DNA of 64,000 bases from contig MU054187.1 in NCBI GenBank assembly GCA_013239625.1, forward strand, positions 18,530,711-18,594,710, read 5' to 3'. This DNA comes from Lama guanicoe. Its lineage: Eukaryota. Position numbers and translations under genes: made by a program. The first letter of the stretch is position 1. Every line of letters begins with the position of its first letter. Below the pieces are notes generated by a model. It did no database searches and was not told where the DNA came from. It worked only from the letters and a program-made list of their open reading frames with translations. This document shows positions 42,594 through 56,263 of the stretch, piece by piece.

Positions 42594-43553
42594 CGTATGA
42601 ACTTAATTTCAGTAAGGAAGGAGATAAGGCAATCTCCTAAGGAGGTGGAAGAGAGGAACAAGAGGCCTGAGAGTGAAAAAGGTAAAGTAACAAGAAATCT
42701 ACTAATAAATGAATGAAATAACTTCCAGAACTCTGGTTGAAAATGTAGAATATGAACCAATACTGAATACACCTGGCAAGGAAGGTTATATTACTTCTCC
42801 AGAAGGGTCCCATCTGCTATTTTTACATTTGCACTTCACTTTTAGAAACAAAGCTACTCAGCTCTAACAGGATGTCTGAACCTGAACACTGCAAGACTTC
42901 TTTCTGGGGAAAAAAAATCACTCTCGCTTAATATGGAGCAAACAGAAATCTGCACGGATGCTACTGTCTTTGATTTTTTGCTTTGTCTTGTTCTTGCTGA
43001 TAAAGGCAGAAGACACAGAATCTTAGAGCCAGATATGAAGTTGCTCATTCCAGGTCTACAGCCCAATTTCTCATAGAGCCAATTTCATATGGCCAAACAT
43101 CTACAGAACCACCACATGTCTAAAACTGAGCTCCACACCCCGCCCTATGAACAGCAGCTCTACCCAACTTCCCCTTTGCTGTTACCTCCATTTTTCTAGT
43201 CACCTGGGCAGGAAACCTCAAGCATTAGTCACCAAAGCCTATTAGTCATTTCTCTGAATGGTCTCTCCTAGCTTTCCTGTCCCATCTCTTCTCACTCTCA
43301 TCCAGCCCCTAGTCAGCCCCTGCCGGCATTACTGTAACAGTCTCAGAACTGGCCTTGCCTGTCCATTCCGTCTCACACATCACTGTGTCATTGTCCAAAA
43401 CCACCAATCCCCAAATGTGACTCCTTTGTATCTGCACTGTCAGAACTTTTCAACTTAAAATTCAGAGTTTTCTATAAGCATCCTTTCCTACCTAGCAAAG
43501 CAAATATTTCATTAGTCCTTAAAGGTTCAGCCAAGTCATGGGCTCTTGACCCA

Positions 43554-44083
43554 TGGTGGTTTTAAAATATGTACACATACTTTGTACGTACCTCCCTACA
43601 AAAGTTAGGGACTAATTTCCCTCCCATTGAGTGACTTAGTGACTTGCTTCTAATGAATAGAATATGGCAGGAAGGACAATGTGTGACTAGGTCATAAAAG
43701 ACATCACAACCACCTCAAGTTCTCTCTTAGATATTACTCACTCAGGGGGAAGCCACCTGCCGTGTCATGAGGATACTCAAACAGTCCAGTGGAGAGGCCC
43801 ATGTGACAAGGCCTGAGGCCTCCTGCCCACAAATAGCACTAACTCACCAGGCATGTGAGGGAGCTGCCTTAGAAGCAAATCCTCCAGCCCCAGTCAAGCC
43901 TTCGGATGACTGCAATCTGACCAGTATCTTAACTGAAGCTCGTAAGATACCTTGAGCCACAACTGTGCAGCAAAGGCACTCCTGGATATCTGACTCACAG
44001 CAATTGTGTGAGACAATAAACGGTTTGTTTTAATCCACTAAGTTTTGGAGTAGTATGTTACACAGATCTGGATAACTAACATA
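43554..44083 (+). mobile_element. Solo LTR, MLT1E/F-like
   Basis: Motifs gacttagtgacttgcttctaatgaatagaat and ccagccccagtcaagccttc.gatgactgca. 3' end ccactaagttttggag...gataactaa. Confidence 0.82.
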
Positions 44084-44504
44084 ACCCCACCAAGCTCATT
44101 CTCAGTTCTGGGCCATTGCTCATGCCGTCTGCCCCACCACTGTCCTCTCACTATCCATCTCCCAGCACCCCTTCCCCTATCCTTCAGTATCTAGCCAAAG
44201 TTCCATCTCTTTGAGGAGCCTCTTTTTTGGTTCATGAAACCATTCACTCTCACTCCTCCAGTTCTCCTTTGAACACTTCTATGCTTAACCACATCATTCA
44301 TTTAGGCATTTATTCGTGTAGCCCCTGTGTTACTGGGCTCTGTGCATCTCTCCTCCTAAAGACGTCACACAGCTCCTCTAAACTGCATTCAGCACACTGT
44401 AATTAAGATACTCAATATGCTGAGAAACTTAACAAGTTACACGTACACACGTACCCTAGAAGTGTATTTGATTAGTATCTATAAAGCAGTAGTAACAATA
44501 TAGA

Positions 44505-44730
44505 CTTAGAGGTAACATTCTCTCAGGTCTGCTTTCTTACTAGTGGCTGTCCTTGGGTAAGTCACTTTGTAAGCCTTTGCTTCTACAATGCTTTTTAATG
44601 AAGATGTTAACAGTATCTACCTTAGGTTAATGAAAAGATTTAAAACACACACACACACACACACACACACATGCAAATCTCTTAGCAAAGTGCCTAGCAC
44701 AGAGTGTTCAACAAATGTTAGCTATTACTG
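44505..44730 (+). mobile_element. MIR SINE containing an (AC)n microsatellite
   Basis: cttactagtggctgtccttgggtaagtcact...gtgcctagcacagagtgttcaacaaatgttagctatta, with an AC tract at ~44645-44671. Confidence 0.7.
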
Positions 44731-45254
44731 TTCTTATTTAACCACAAATGACAAAATATATGTTGAAATTCTGGGTCCCTGAAGGTCTCTAGATGTTATC
44801 AAGTGGCAATCTAAATTAATATGAAATTCTACAAACTAAAATAGAACTCACACCTTCTATTAAGATAACTTTTAATTTTTCTAAAATCTACTTTTAAGTC
44901 AATAGAACTACAGCCGGAAGCAATTGTAGGAATGTAGCCTCGACCTTTTCTCCTTGTTGCCCTATTAAGATATTAACTTCAAAGCTTTCGTGGGAATACT
45001 TAATTGCTAGCATTCCTTAACAAGCAGCCACCATAGTAGTTTCCAGATTCACTTTTAACCTCTACAATCCTGGGAAGGCATATAAGGCAAACTTATTGGA
45101 CATATAAATAGACATATGTGAATATGCTACACGAAGCAAATCAATTTTGTACATCAATCAAAATAGAATCCAATAGGAAAAAAATCAATCCAAAAGAATA
45201 TTGCTATGCAATATATTTAAGGGAGGAAACTTTTAATGCTGTTTGTTCATTTAA

Positions 45255-45626
45255 AAAAAAATTTTATTAAGGGATAATTGACATATGACATTATATTAGT
45301 TTCAGGGGGACAATGTAATGATTCAATATTTGTATATATCGTGAAATGATTTCCGTAAGTCCAGTTAACATCCATCACCATAAATAGGTACAAAAGGAAT
45401 TTTTTTCCTGTGATGAGAACGTTTAATATCTACTCTTAGCAACTTCCAAATATGCAACTTAGTATTATTAACTATAGTAACCATGCTATACAGTATATCT
45501 CCATGACTGATTTACATTATAACTGGAAATGTGTACCTTTTGACCACCTTTACCCATTTCACCACACCCCTACCCTCACCTTTGGCAACCACCAATCTGT
45601 TCTCTGTATCTATGAACTTTTTTTTA
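45255..45626 (-). mobile_element. L1MA-like 3' end
   Basis: gttaacatccatcacc...tgatgagaac.ttta..atctactcttagcaact...ggcaaccaccaatctgttctctgtatctatga. A related shorter piece lies at ~37672-37840. Confidence 0.78.
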
Positions 45627-48600
45627 AGTCTGATGTTATTCGAAGTCTGAATTATATGTGTTTCATGAACTCAGATCATTTCTGAGATATTTTATAATTT
45701 ATATGTATTCTTAAGGTTTTTTATTTAAAAATTATATATAGCAGATACTCTTTTATCCTAAAAAATAATCAGAGATTTGATAAGGAAAATCTAATAGAAT
45801 GATTTTCAACCACCAATCTATTTAAAAATATGCATACTTTTAAATTGTGAACCATGTCCTCTGGAATAAAAAGAACTACTTAATTCAAATTCTCATTTTC
45901 TCTTTTCCTCCACCAATATACCTTGAAAACTTCAGGTTTTTTTTTAAAACATTCAGTATCCATCCCACCCTTTATGTGACCCTATATATCCCACAACCTG
46001 AAATAGAAACAAAGACTGGGCAATTAGCTTGTTTATTCCACCTCAGTGTCAAACAAAAGTACAAATAATATTCAGTGTACGTGCTAGTTACCTTAGAACT
46101 GCCAATCATGCTTGTTTTGATTTTCAGAGCTGTCAGTCATGTGTGCTGTGAGAGAGATGTGAGTGTAGGAATAATGCTTTAAGAGACACAATCTTCACAA
46201 AACATTAGTAAATCAATGGACGTTACTTGTAAAACTGAACTTTAGGATTTTACAGAAAGGTATACAACTCTCAAAAAATCAAAATTAAAATATAACTTAA
46301 TGAAATAAAAAGTTAGAGAATAAGGCTCTTTAACCAAAAAGATAAACATGGTTTAACCACAAGGGTTTTATATTTCAGTAAAAAGAAAAATGTTCCTTAA
46401 CTGATACTAACAAGAAGTAGTATAACCAGGAGTGAAAATGGGAGAATCAAACAGATCTAAATCTGGGCATTTTAATTTTTATTTTTGAAGCAGGCAAAAA
46501 TATCAACATAATACATTCCCTTTCTCCACCTCCCCAACCCAACTTATTATCTACCTAGTCATTCAGGTCTGAAATCAAACACCATCAGAAACTTTTCCCT
46601 CTGACACACAACGCTCAATTACTCAGTCACCAAGACCTGTTTCTTCTATCTCCTAAATTACTAATGAAATTCTCCTTTCCTGACCCTCAGACTTAACTCA
46701 CATTCTTACAATTTCTTTCCAGAAGCTTCCTTATTGGCCTCCCTAGCTCTAGTTACATTCTTCTAATACTATACACTACACTACACTATTGCCAGAATGA
46801 TCTCACTGAAACACAAGTGAGGTCCATGTTACCTGTTAAAATATTTTAATGTGTCTTTACCACTTTCAGAATAAAGTCCCAATTTTTTAGAATGGTGTAT
46901 AAATCCCTTGAAGACCTGGGTCCTGCCCATCCCTCTACTCTCCCCTCCAACTTCTCCTAAACTTAAGTGAACTAAGCCACTTGAATTCCTGGAAGGGCCA
47001 GGCTCTCTCTCACTGAAAACTTTTATAAGTTTGGCTCCCTCTCATCTTCTGCACTTGGTATCTCTTACCCTTCCTTTACAACTCAGTTCACTCATTAGTT
47101 CCTCTGGGTAACCGTCTCTGACACAAGCTGACCCCATTATCAATCCCCTCTTCTCCATTCCTGCAGAACACAATAAACAGTAAATAATAGCTGCTCGTTA
47201 AACGCCTGCTGACTCAGTGAAAAACTGTACCATGGCCCAGTTTATTTAAAAATAAAATTAAATAACATCAGCAGCTTAGTTCTTGAAATCGAGAAAATGT
47301 CACTATAGGTACACTCCAAGCCAGCCAACCTAATCAATGCATAAAGCAAGACTTTGGGCTTAACAATGTTCTCAAGAAATTTACTCATTTACTTACAAAT
47401 TCACTGTAGAATCTCAAATAGTACTTGAGACTCAATAATTCCACCTTGTTTTCGCTACTGTTCCTACTGGAGGTGCTGAAGTCTCACCCACAACAACTGT
47501 TCTTGTCCAAGACACTCAGCACCTTGACTGGTTCAACACACACTTTTCTGATTTGTGACAATCCCTATCAAGGGCATCAGTGAAGGCAGTCAGCACGGGC
47601 AAGACCTCGAGCTGGTTACACTTCACTTATCAGGAAGCTAGTTATCTGGTGACATCAAGTCTCCACAGAACCCAAAGAGAATTAAAATTAAGCAGAGGAG
47701 TTGCTGTCAAAATGCATGTTGAAGTTCATGTACTGAAGTACATACAATTTACTTACAGAAGAGGCTGCGAGGTCCTGACTCAAACTCTAATTGTTCTTGC
47801 TTTAAGCACAACAAATTTGGTGACCAATTTCCCAGGCATCAGAATATTAAAAGAAGAAAATTGGTAAGTCTGAAAAAGCTAAAAATGCAGTCACAGATAC
47901 AACAGTAGAAAAAGATGACACCACAAAGTAAGACACAAAAAATGACAGAACTGGAAGCTTATGTGGTTGAGGAACAATACGTCTGTACATTTGCGTTGTG
48001 ACACAATACAGGAATTAATGTGTATAATTATGACATTGGGTCATCAAAACAAAGGCAAAAAACAGGTTAAACAACTTAAGGTCTAACACGGTTCGAGAAA
48101 GTAGATGACATGTCTATAAAAAGAATCAATTACAAATTAAATGTCACATGTGTAAAGAGTCAACTTTCCATTATTTGCCAGATAAATTTTTTTGAAATAT
48201 ATCATTCCCAAATAACAGAAGGCATGCTGACTCTAAGCTACTGACCATCATCAGACGTTAACCGGTTCCTGGGACTTCACGTCTCATCACAATTATGATT
48301 CACGTCCATCCTGAAACAAAGCCTGGACCCACTGGTCATCAGCTTACTGATGGCAACGGTATCCAAACACACTGTACCATCGACACCATAACCCAGGATA
48401 CTAGAACAGGCTACCTACCAGGCTTTAACAGACCTTTACAGAGCTTCACTACCACGCTGCTTTCAGGGTCCCTATTTTAAACCTGGTTCATGTGTGAGAC
48501 TATTTTAGGAGGTTTATGTGGCACTCTAGTAGCTGCATGTTGTAGGATTTAGAGAGAAGCACCATAGAGTGAAAGAACATCCCTGGGTGATGGATACACA

Positions 48601-49089
48601 CAGCCCTAGGTTTGAATCCCTGCCTTGTTAATTACAGTCGTGTTACTGCAGCACATATCTCCATACCTGCATGGTCTATAAACCCTCCTCAGTAGGAATT
48701 CTTGATGGGTGTCATCATGATGTCACAAAACCCCTAAACCACCGGGATTTAAGGAATAATAACAGTATAGTAACATCTGTTTAACTATATACTAATCACT
48801 GTCCATCTTTACAGACATTGTCTAACTTAACCCTTTCAATAACCCATTACACAATAGATACAGATTATAGTATTAAAATCTGGATGAATGGACACAAGTT
48901 ACTTAGAAATTTCTTTAGGTCTTACCATTTTGGACTAAACCTGTGTGTTACTTGATATACCAGAGCAAGTCAAGACTGAGCCACTACCTCTCACGCCACA
49001 TAGCACAGAACCCAGTTTCTATTCCAGGTATCACCCAGTTTACACCACTCACCTTGCGAAGACACTGTGTAGCTTCTGATTACCTGAGG

Positions 49090-49274
49090 AGAGGTGTGCT
49101 GGAGCAGGGCTGCACCAGCCTGTGAGAGTGACTGTGCACACATATTCCCAATTCCGCGTTCAGTGACATCACACTGGTAACGTAAAAGTGGCCACGGCAG
49201 GAGTATTTTACATCCAATCGGGGCCTTTTATTTATTGGAGAGCCAGCTGTTCAATATCTACTCAAACATCACAG
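49090..49274. mobile_element. MER63-like hAT DNA transposon relic
   Basis: ggtgtgctggagc...ttccgcgttcagtgacatcacactggta...ggagtatttaca...gagagccagctgtt. Confidence 0.7.
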
Positions 49275-50259
49275 ATCTAAGGAAATGTGTATTCTGTTCA
49301 TTTTGTCAGGTTCTATTCAGATTCAGGTAGAAGCTCCTGTCTCCTGACTGAGTGAGCCCTGGTATCAAACAGACCTTTAGATAGTCAGAGCTCTCCAGAC
49401 AGAGGCAACCCATTCTCATAACTGCTCCCTTAGAGTTAGAGTAAACTCTATTCATTTTTACAGTCTGACTCATTCTGAAACATCACAAACTTCTTGATCA
49501 CTGTAATTCATCCTAAGATGCCACTGATTACTAGAGTCATCATAAGTACTATTAAGAATTTTTACATGCCAATTAGATTGTATCAACTACAAGACGTATC
49601 CTGGTTGTCAGAAATGGTAAAATTAAAAAAAAAAGCACATTAAAAATTGATGGAAAAAATTCATTTCTATCTTGCTTACTGTTGTTTTCCAATCTCAGAA
49701 TCTTAGTTCCACATCTCTTTTCACTCTATATTCTCCTTCCAGGTCTCCCATCTTAGTGGTTTACACAATGTGTATTCATATTCACAAATATCTTGACACA
49801 GATTATAAACAGAATGAATTCTGTTCATACAATGGGAAAAATCATAATCCTGAGAACAGATGTACAATAGTAAGTAAAAAAAAAATGCTGAAGCATCAGA
49901 TTCTGGTAGAGTAAGAAAAAGGAGCACAAAGAAGTAGAAAGCAGAGGCTTCCCTGGGAAGTAGAAAGAGACTGTGGACAGAGGAAGAGGCAGGAAGTTAC
50001 GTGTAAAATGGCCTGAGCAGCACATATAGCTGCTTTTAATTTTACAGTGTGGAATGGTTTATTATTAGGATGAACATTCAAATCTTCCCCCAAACTTGCT
50101 CCTACTGCTTTGAGAAGACATGAATCTGGCCCAACTTGACTAACTAGCACTATGAAGAGAAATAAGCGTATTTTCCGTCTTTTCAAAAATCACCAATAAA
50201 TTTTGAGGCATCTCAACTATTATGCACACACTTAAAGCACTTGGAAGTGATTCTACTTA

Positions 50260-50442
<183 letters not shown>

Positions 50443-53164
50443 CTAAACATGAAAAGAGATACTTACATGCATACAATTCAATACAAAGGCAGAATATGAT
50501 AGGAATAATAATGCTTTACAAAGGAAATTTTTAAAAGTCAGTTTGCTGTATATTTTCACTTTTCAGCAATAATAAAAAATACTGAAATGAAATTTTTCTT
50601 TAAGAAGCCAGATATACTCTTTAACTTCCTCTCCCTTCCTTTTCTTCTTGAAGAGGAGCCAGAGAAAGAAGGCATCTGCGCCTGGTGGGGGATGGTGCAG
50701 ATGTGGTGGCCCAGAGAGGAATCTGGAATGGAAGCAGGTGAGGAGTGTCCTTACACAAAGCCTCAGCTGAAACTTCTAGTCATGGTTTGTTACGTCACCC
50801 TTTAAAGTGCTTTGTTTTTCTGTAAGTGCTTTAAAATGTCTATAATAAATAGTACTATAGTATATATAAATCTGTTTAAAGTAAATATTGGAACATGTGC
50901 TCAAAAATTTCTTACTCAAGAGGCATGACCAAAAATGTTTAGAAATCTTTATAATAGAGTTATATCATAGCAGCAGGAGAGTAATTATGCTGGATAGGGC
51001 GAAATAGTTATGAGAAGAGGTTGCATAATCAGAACTGCATGATTTTGCCAATTTATATCAACAGAAACTGGGGATATTTAAGGGAATGGATCCTAAGGAT
51101 ACTAAATCAGGGTGAGAGGGCCAAACTTACTCATATGGGCTCACTAAGCAGAGATTCAGATACAATTTATTAGCTTAAGTGGCTGGAGTGGCTTTTAATA
51201 GTTTGCTTGGTTGGTTGAATGAAACCTGAACCCAAAGATACATTACACTAGATGAAGTTGAAATACCGGAACTTCCTTAGTATACCACAGAGGAAGGTAT
51301 CCAAAGGCTTGAGGAGAATGAAATGTTGGAGTGCATTTATGATTTATGATGTCACCATCCCTTACTATAGCCCCCAGAAGGCTCTATCAGATACTCACTT
51401 TACCGAGGCTAAGAGAATACCTCGTGAAGGGAGCACCAGCATTCCTGATGAGCTGGGTGGTGGCTATTCTCTGTAGGCCGGGACTGACAGAGAACTGCTG
51501 CCAAAAAGAGCTCCCTGAATTCAGAGGAGAAAATGAGATCCTTCACTGGCAGGAGTCGAGTCAGCACTTACTAGCCGTCAACGCGGTGGGCAGCAGCCTG
51601 AGCAGTCATCGGCATAGTCTGACCTGCAGAGCTCTTTGGTGTTGGCTGGTTGATTATAGTGTCTTTAGAAATAAAACAGATGGAAAACTCTAGTTCTAGA
51701 GAACTGAAGTCTGACTTGAGTCACCACATATGAACAATACGGCCCCTCAATCTATTCCCAAACATTAACCAATTCCTAGACCTCAAGTCTTCTGAATGAA
51801 GAAGAGGTCATATTCCCTTGAGGAAGGATCCTGCTACATAACCGAAAATTTGCACCACCAGTCTTCCTTCAAGCTTTCCCAAAGGGAGCTGTGACTATTT
51901 ATCAAGAATGACTGTCCACTGGGGAAGGAGAAGTAATGAGACTTTTCATGGATCATCTGAACTTACACTAACTCTGACACTACCAATTCAATACCAGTCA
52001 GAAGAACAGGGGCTTAAGGAGATCACGTGATAAATGGAATGCCAGCTCAGACCCACCCCATGAACCTGCTCTGTTGTTATCTCCTTCGTTCTAGACTGCA
52101 CAGTTGGAACAGGCATACGCAGCAATCCGCAGGATCCCCACGTCGGTTCCTTGATCTGCGGAGTAAGGGCTACTGAGGTAGGGAAGGCCAAGTGGAAGAC
52201 ACTAGAACTTCCCCTACCTACCAGACAAGTAAAGCAAAGGCAACACTGCTTGCTAGAGGCACGGCAGCAATTAGTGCCACGATCAAGGGCCTGGAAGATG
52301 CAGAGTGGTGATCCCTATCACATGCCCATTCAACCTGCCTAGGAGGCCTGCAGAAAACAGATGGGTCTTAGAGAATGACAACTTATTACCATAAATTTAA
52401 TCAAGTGGTAACTCCAGCTGTTGTTCCAGATGTGATTTCATGGCTGGAGCAAATCAAGTATCTCCCAGCACCTGGTGGCAATAATTATCTAACAAATGCT
52501 TTCTTTTTCTAGACCTGCTAGTAAAGACTATATACTTCAGGGTTACATTAATTCTCTAGCTCTATGTCACAGTCTAGTCTGCAAAGACTTTGACTGCCAC
52601 TCCATCCCACTGGACAGCATGCTGCTCCAGTACACGTGCTGACTGGACCTGGAAGCAGAAAGCTGCAATTATCTAGACACACGTATGCCAGAGGGTGGGA
52701 AATAAATCCCACAAGAATGCTGGGTCTTGGTGGAATTCCTAGGGGGCCAGTGTTCTGGGCTATGTCAAGATGCTCTTTCTTACCACTAAGCAAGAATCTC
52801 AATTAATGCCTAGCAGTCTTTCGAATTTTGCAGGCAACAAACACCTCATTTGGATGTGCTTCTTCAATGCTTTTACCAAGTAACCCAAAAAGCTGCCAGT
52901 TTTGAGTGGGGCCCAGAATAAGATCAGACTCTGCATCAGGTCTAGGCAACCAGGCAAGCTCCTCTGATACTTGGATTTTACAACCCAGCACATGTGGTGG
53001 GGCTCAGAAGACTCTGACAGGGACAGATGCAGACTGGAGACGCTGACAGACTTGTCCAGGTGCAGGGCAGTGCAGAGCTAGAGTAGCCCTGAATGACACT
53101 GAGCAGGGCACTTAAATGATTTTTGCCTGGGAAGAGAGATGGCCTAAGGGATCTATACTGATTT

Positions 53165-55400
53165 TTTTTTTGTATATGCATTTTTTTACTGAAGTATAGT
53201 CAGTTTACAACGTTGTGTCAATTTCTGGTGTACAGCATAACGCTTCAGTCATACATGCACATACATGTATTCGTTTTCATTTTCTTTTTCATCATGTTAC
53301 TACAGGATATTGAATATAGTTCCCTGTGCTACATAGTATAATAAACTTGCTATTTATCTATTTTATATGTTTCTTAGTATCTTAGTATCTGCAAATCTTG
53401 ACCTCCCAATTTATCTCTTTCGATCCCTTTTCCCCACTGATAACTGTAAGTTTGTTTTCTATGTCTGTGAATGTTTCTGTTTTGTAAATAAATGCATTTA
53501 TGTCTTTTTTTTTTTAGATTCCACATATAAGTGATATCATATGGTATTTTTCGTTCTTTTTCTGGCTTACTTCACTTAGAATGACATTCTCCAGGTCCAT
53601 CCATATTGCTGCAAATGGCATTAATTTATTATTTTTATGGCTGAGTAGTGTTCCACTATATAAATATACCACAACTTCTTTATCCAGTCATCTGTTGATG
53701 GACATTTGGATTGTTTCCATGTCTTGGCTGTTGTATATAGTGCTGCTATGAACACTGGGGTGCAAGTTATCTTTTTGAATCAAGGTTCCCTCTGGATATA
53801 TGCCCAGGAGTGGGTTTGCTGGATCATACAGTATGTCTATGTTTAGTCTTTTGAGAAATCTCCATACTGTTTTGCACAATGGCTGCACGAAACTACATTC
53901 CCACCAACAGTGTAGGAGGGTTCCCTTTTCTCCACAGCCTCTCCAGCATTTGTCTTTTGTGGACTTTTGAATGATGGCCATTCTGACTGGTATGAGGTGA
54001 TACTTCATGGCAGTTTTGATCTGCATTTCTTTAATAATTAGCAATATTGAGCATTTTTTCATGTGCCTATTGGCCGTTTGTATGTCTTCATTGGAGAACT
54101 GCTTGTTTAGGTCTCCAGACCATTTTTGGACTGGGTTGTTTGGTTTTTTCTCATCAAGTTTTACGAGCTGTTTATATACTCTGGAAATTAAACCTTTGTC
54201 AGTCTCATCTTCTGCAAATATTTTCTCCCATTCTGTAGGTTGTCTTTTTGTCTTGCTTATGGTTTCCTTTGTTATGTAAAAGATTATAAGTTTAACCAGG
54301 TCCCTCATTTGCTTATTTTTGTTTTTATTTCTATTGCCTGGGTAGATTGTCTTAGGAGAACACTGTTATGATTTATGTCAGATAATGTTTTGCCTATGTT
54401 TTCTTCTAAGAGGTTTATAGCATCTTGTCTTATATTTAAGTCTTTAAGCCATTTTGAGTTTATTTTTGTGTATGGTATGAATGAGTATCCTAACTTTACA
54501 TGCAGCTGTCCAGTTATCCCAACACCATTTGCTAAAGAGACTGTCTTTACTCCATTGTATGTTCTTACCTCCTTTGTCAAAGATTAATTGACCAAAAGTT
54601 TGTGGGATTACTTCTGGGCTCTCTATTCTGTTCCATTGATCCATATGTCTGTTTTTGTACTAATACCATGCTGTTTTGATTGCATAGCTTTGCAGTATTG
54701 TCTGATGTCTGGGAGGGATATTCCTCCAGCTTCATTCTTTTTCTCCAGTATTGCTTTGGCAATTCTGGGTCTTTCGTGATGCCATATAAATTTTAGGAGT
54801 ATTTGTTCTAGTTCTGTGAAAAATGTCCTGGGTAATTTGATAGAGATCACATTAAATCTGTAGATTGCTTTGGGTAGTATGGCCATTTTAACAATATTAA
54901 TTCTTCCAATCCAAGAACATGGGATATCTTTCCATTTCTTTAAGTCATCTTTACTTTTCTTAGTCAATGACTGTCTTTACTCCATTGTATGTTCTTCCTC
55001 CTTTGTCAAAGATTAATTGACCAAAAGTTTGTGGGATTACTTCTGGGCTCTCTATTCTGTTCCATTGATCCATATGTCTGTTTTTGTACTAATACCATGC
55101 TGTTTTGATTGCATAGCTTTGCAGTATTGTCTGATGTCTGGGAGGGATATTCCTCCAGCTTCATTCTTTTTCTCCAGTATTGCTTTGGCAATTCTGGGTC
55201 TTTCGTGATGCCATATAAATTTTAGGAGTATTTGTTCTAGTTCTGTGAAAAATGTCCTGGGTAATTTGATAGAGATCACATTAAATCTGTAGATTGCTTT
55301 GGGTAGTATGGCCATTTTAACAATATTAATTCTTCCAATCCAAGAACATGGGATATCTTTCCATTTCTTTAAGTCATCTTTACTTTTCTTAGTCAATGCT
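53165..55400 (-). mobile_element. 5'-truncated L1 (ORF2 3' part and 3' UTR) with a 430-bp tandem duplication
   Basis: ORF2 fragments ([47 protein letters not shown]). T-rich tail at the left end. TSD gggatctata(ct/tc)gattt at 53148-53164 and 55401-55417. Confidence 0.95.
54539..55397. repeat. Direct tandem duplication, 430 + 429 bp
   Basis: 54539-54968 and 54969-55397 are identical except for one 1-bp indel (cttacctc vs cttcctc). The ORF track shows identical peptides offset by 429 nt. Confidence 0.97.
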
Positions 55401-56263
55401 GGGATCTATATCGATTTGTGAGAAGTGACTAATAATTCTGCTGGATGGTCAGGGATTTAATAAGAACATGATTGAGAAACAGATGACAAGAACGTCTGGG
55501 AAAGAGGAAGGTAGACCTCTCTGAACTGGCACAGAGTAAGAAAATAAATGAATTTGAATAATTAAATGAAAGTGAGTAATTTCTTCAGCAGAGAAGAATC
55601 TCAATAATCAAGGGACAAGATAACCAGTCTTGTGGATGTCAGTCAACCTCTTTCTCCAACCACTCCTGCCCACCTCTCCAGTGGGTTCAAGAACAAAGTT
55701 GCCATGACAGCAGAGATGTACTTCTGTCTTACGGGTGGGGAGAGTATCTCAATATGTCCCAGACCACTGGCCAACTAGAAATTTTATCAGGTGGTAGGAC
55801 CCTGAATTTTTGTGGGATGGAGGTTATACATGGATTCAGGAATACTAACTTCCACTCACTCTGTGAGTAGTATTTGGCTACGGCCACTGCTGAATGACCA
55901 ATGTGCCACGGCAGAAACCAGCACTAAGCTTCCAATATAGCATCATTCCTTGGAAGGATCAGCTGGCCACCTGGTGGCAGGTTGATTACATTGGACCATT
56001 CTAAATGGAGAAGATAGTGATATATTATTACAGGAATATACACTTACTCTGAATATAGATTTGCCTTCCCTGCCTGCAAAGCTTCTACCAAACTCACCAT
56101 CCATGAACTTACAGAATCTCATATTCATTGTTATGATATTCCAAAAAGCATTGCTTCTAACCAAAGAAATCATGTTACAGGAAATTATGTGGGATAATGG
56201 GCTCATGCTTCTGGAATTCACTGGCCTTACTAGTGCTGTGCCTGACAGATTAGTGAAATGATC

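Larger units (their letters stand above)
50950..56260 (+). mobile_element. Decayed ERVL-type internal region (gag-pol relic), interrupted by the L1 at 53165-55400
   Basis: Recognisable ERVL segments: gag-like (tatgggctcactaagcagagattc, ~51133), RT-like (cagaaaacagatgggtcttagagaatgaca...aatcaagtggtaactcca, ~52350) and integrase-like (cctggtggcaggttgattacattggacc = WWQVDYIG, ~55970). Many stops and indels. Confidence 0.8.

Noticed and set aside
53688..55396. 206-aa and 114-aa ORFs as host genes
   Set aside because: They are frameshifted fragments of L1 ORF2.
55964..55981. CTCF-like GGCCACCTGGTGGCAG
   Set aside because: It lies in the ERVL integrase coding relic (TWWQ) and mismatches the core AG, so it is explained by the retroelement.
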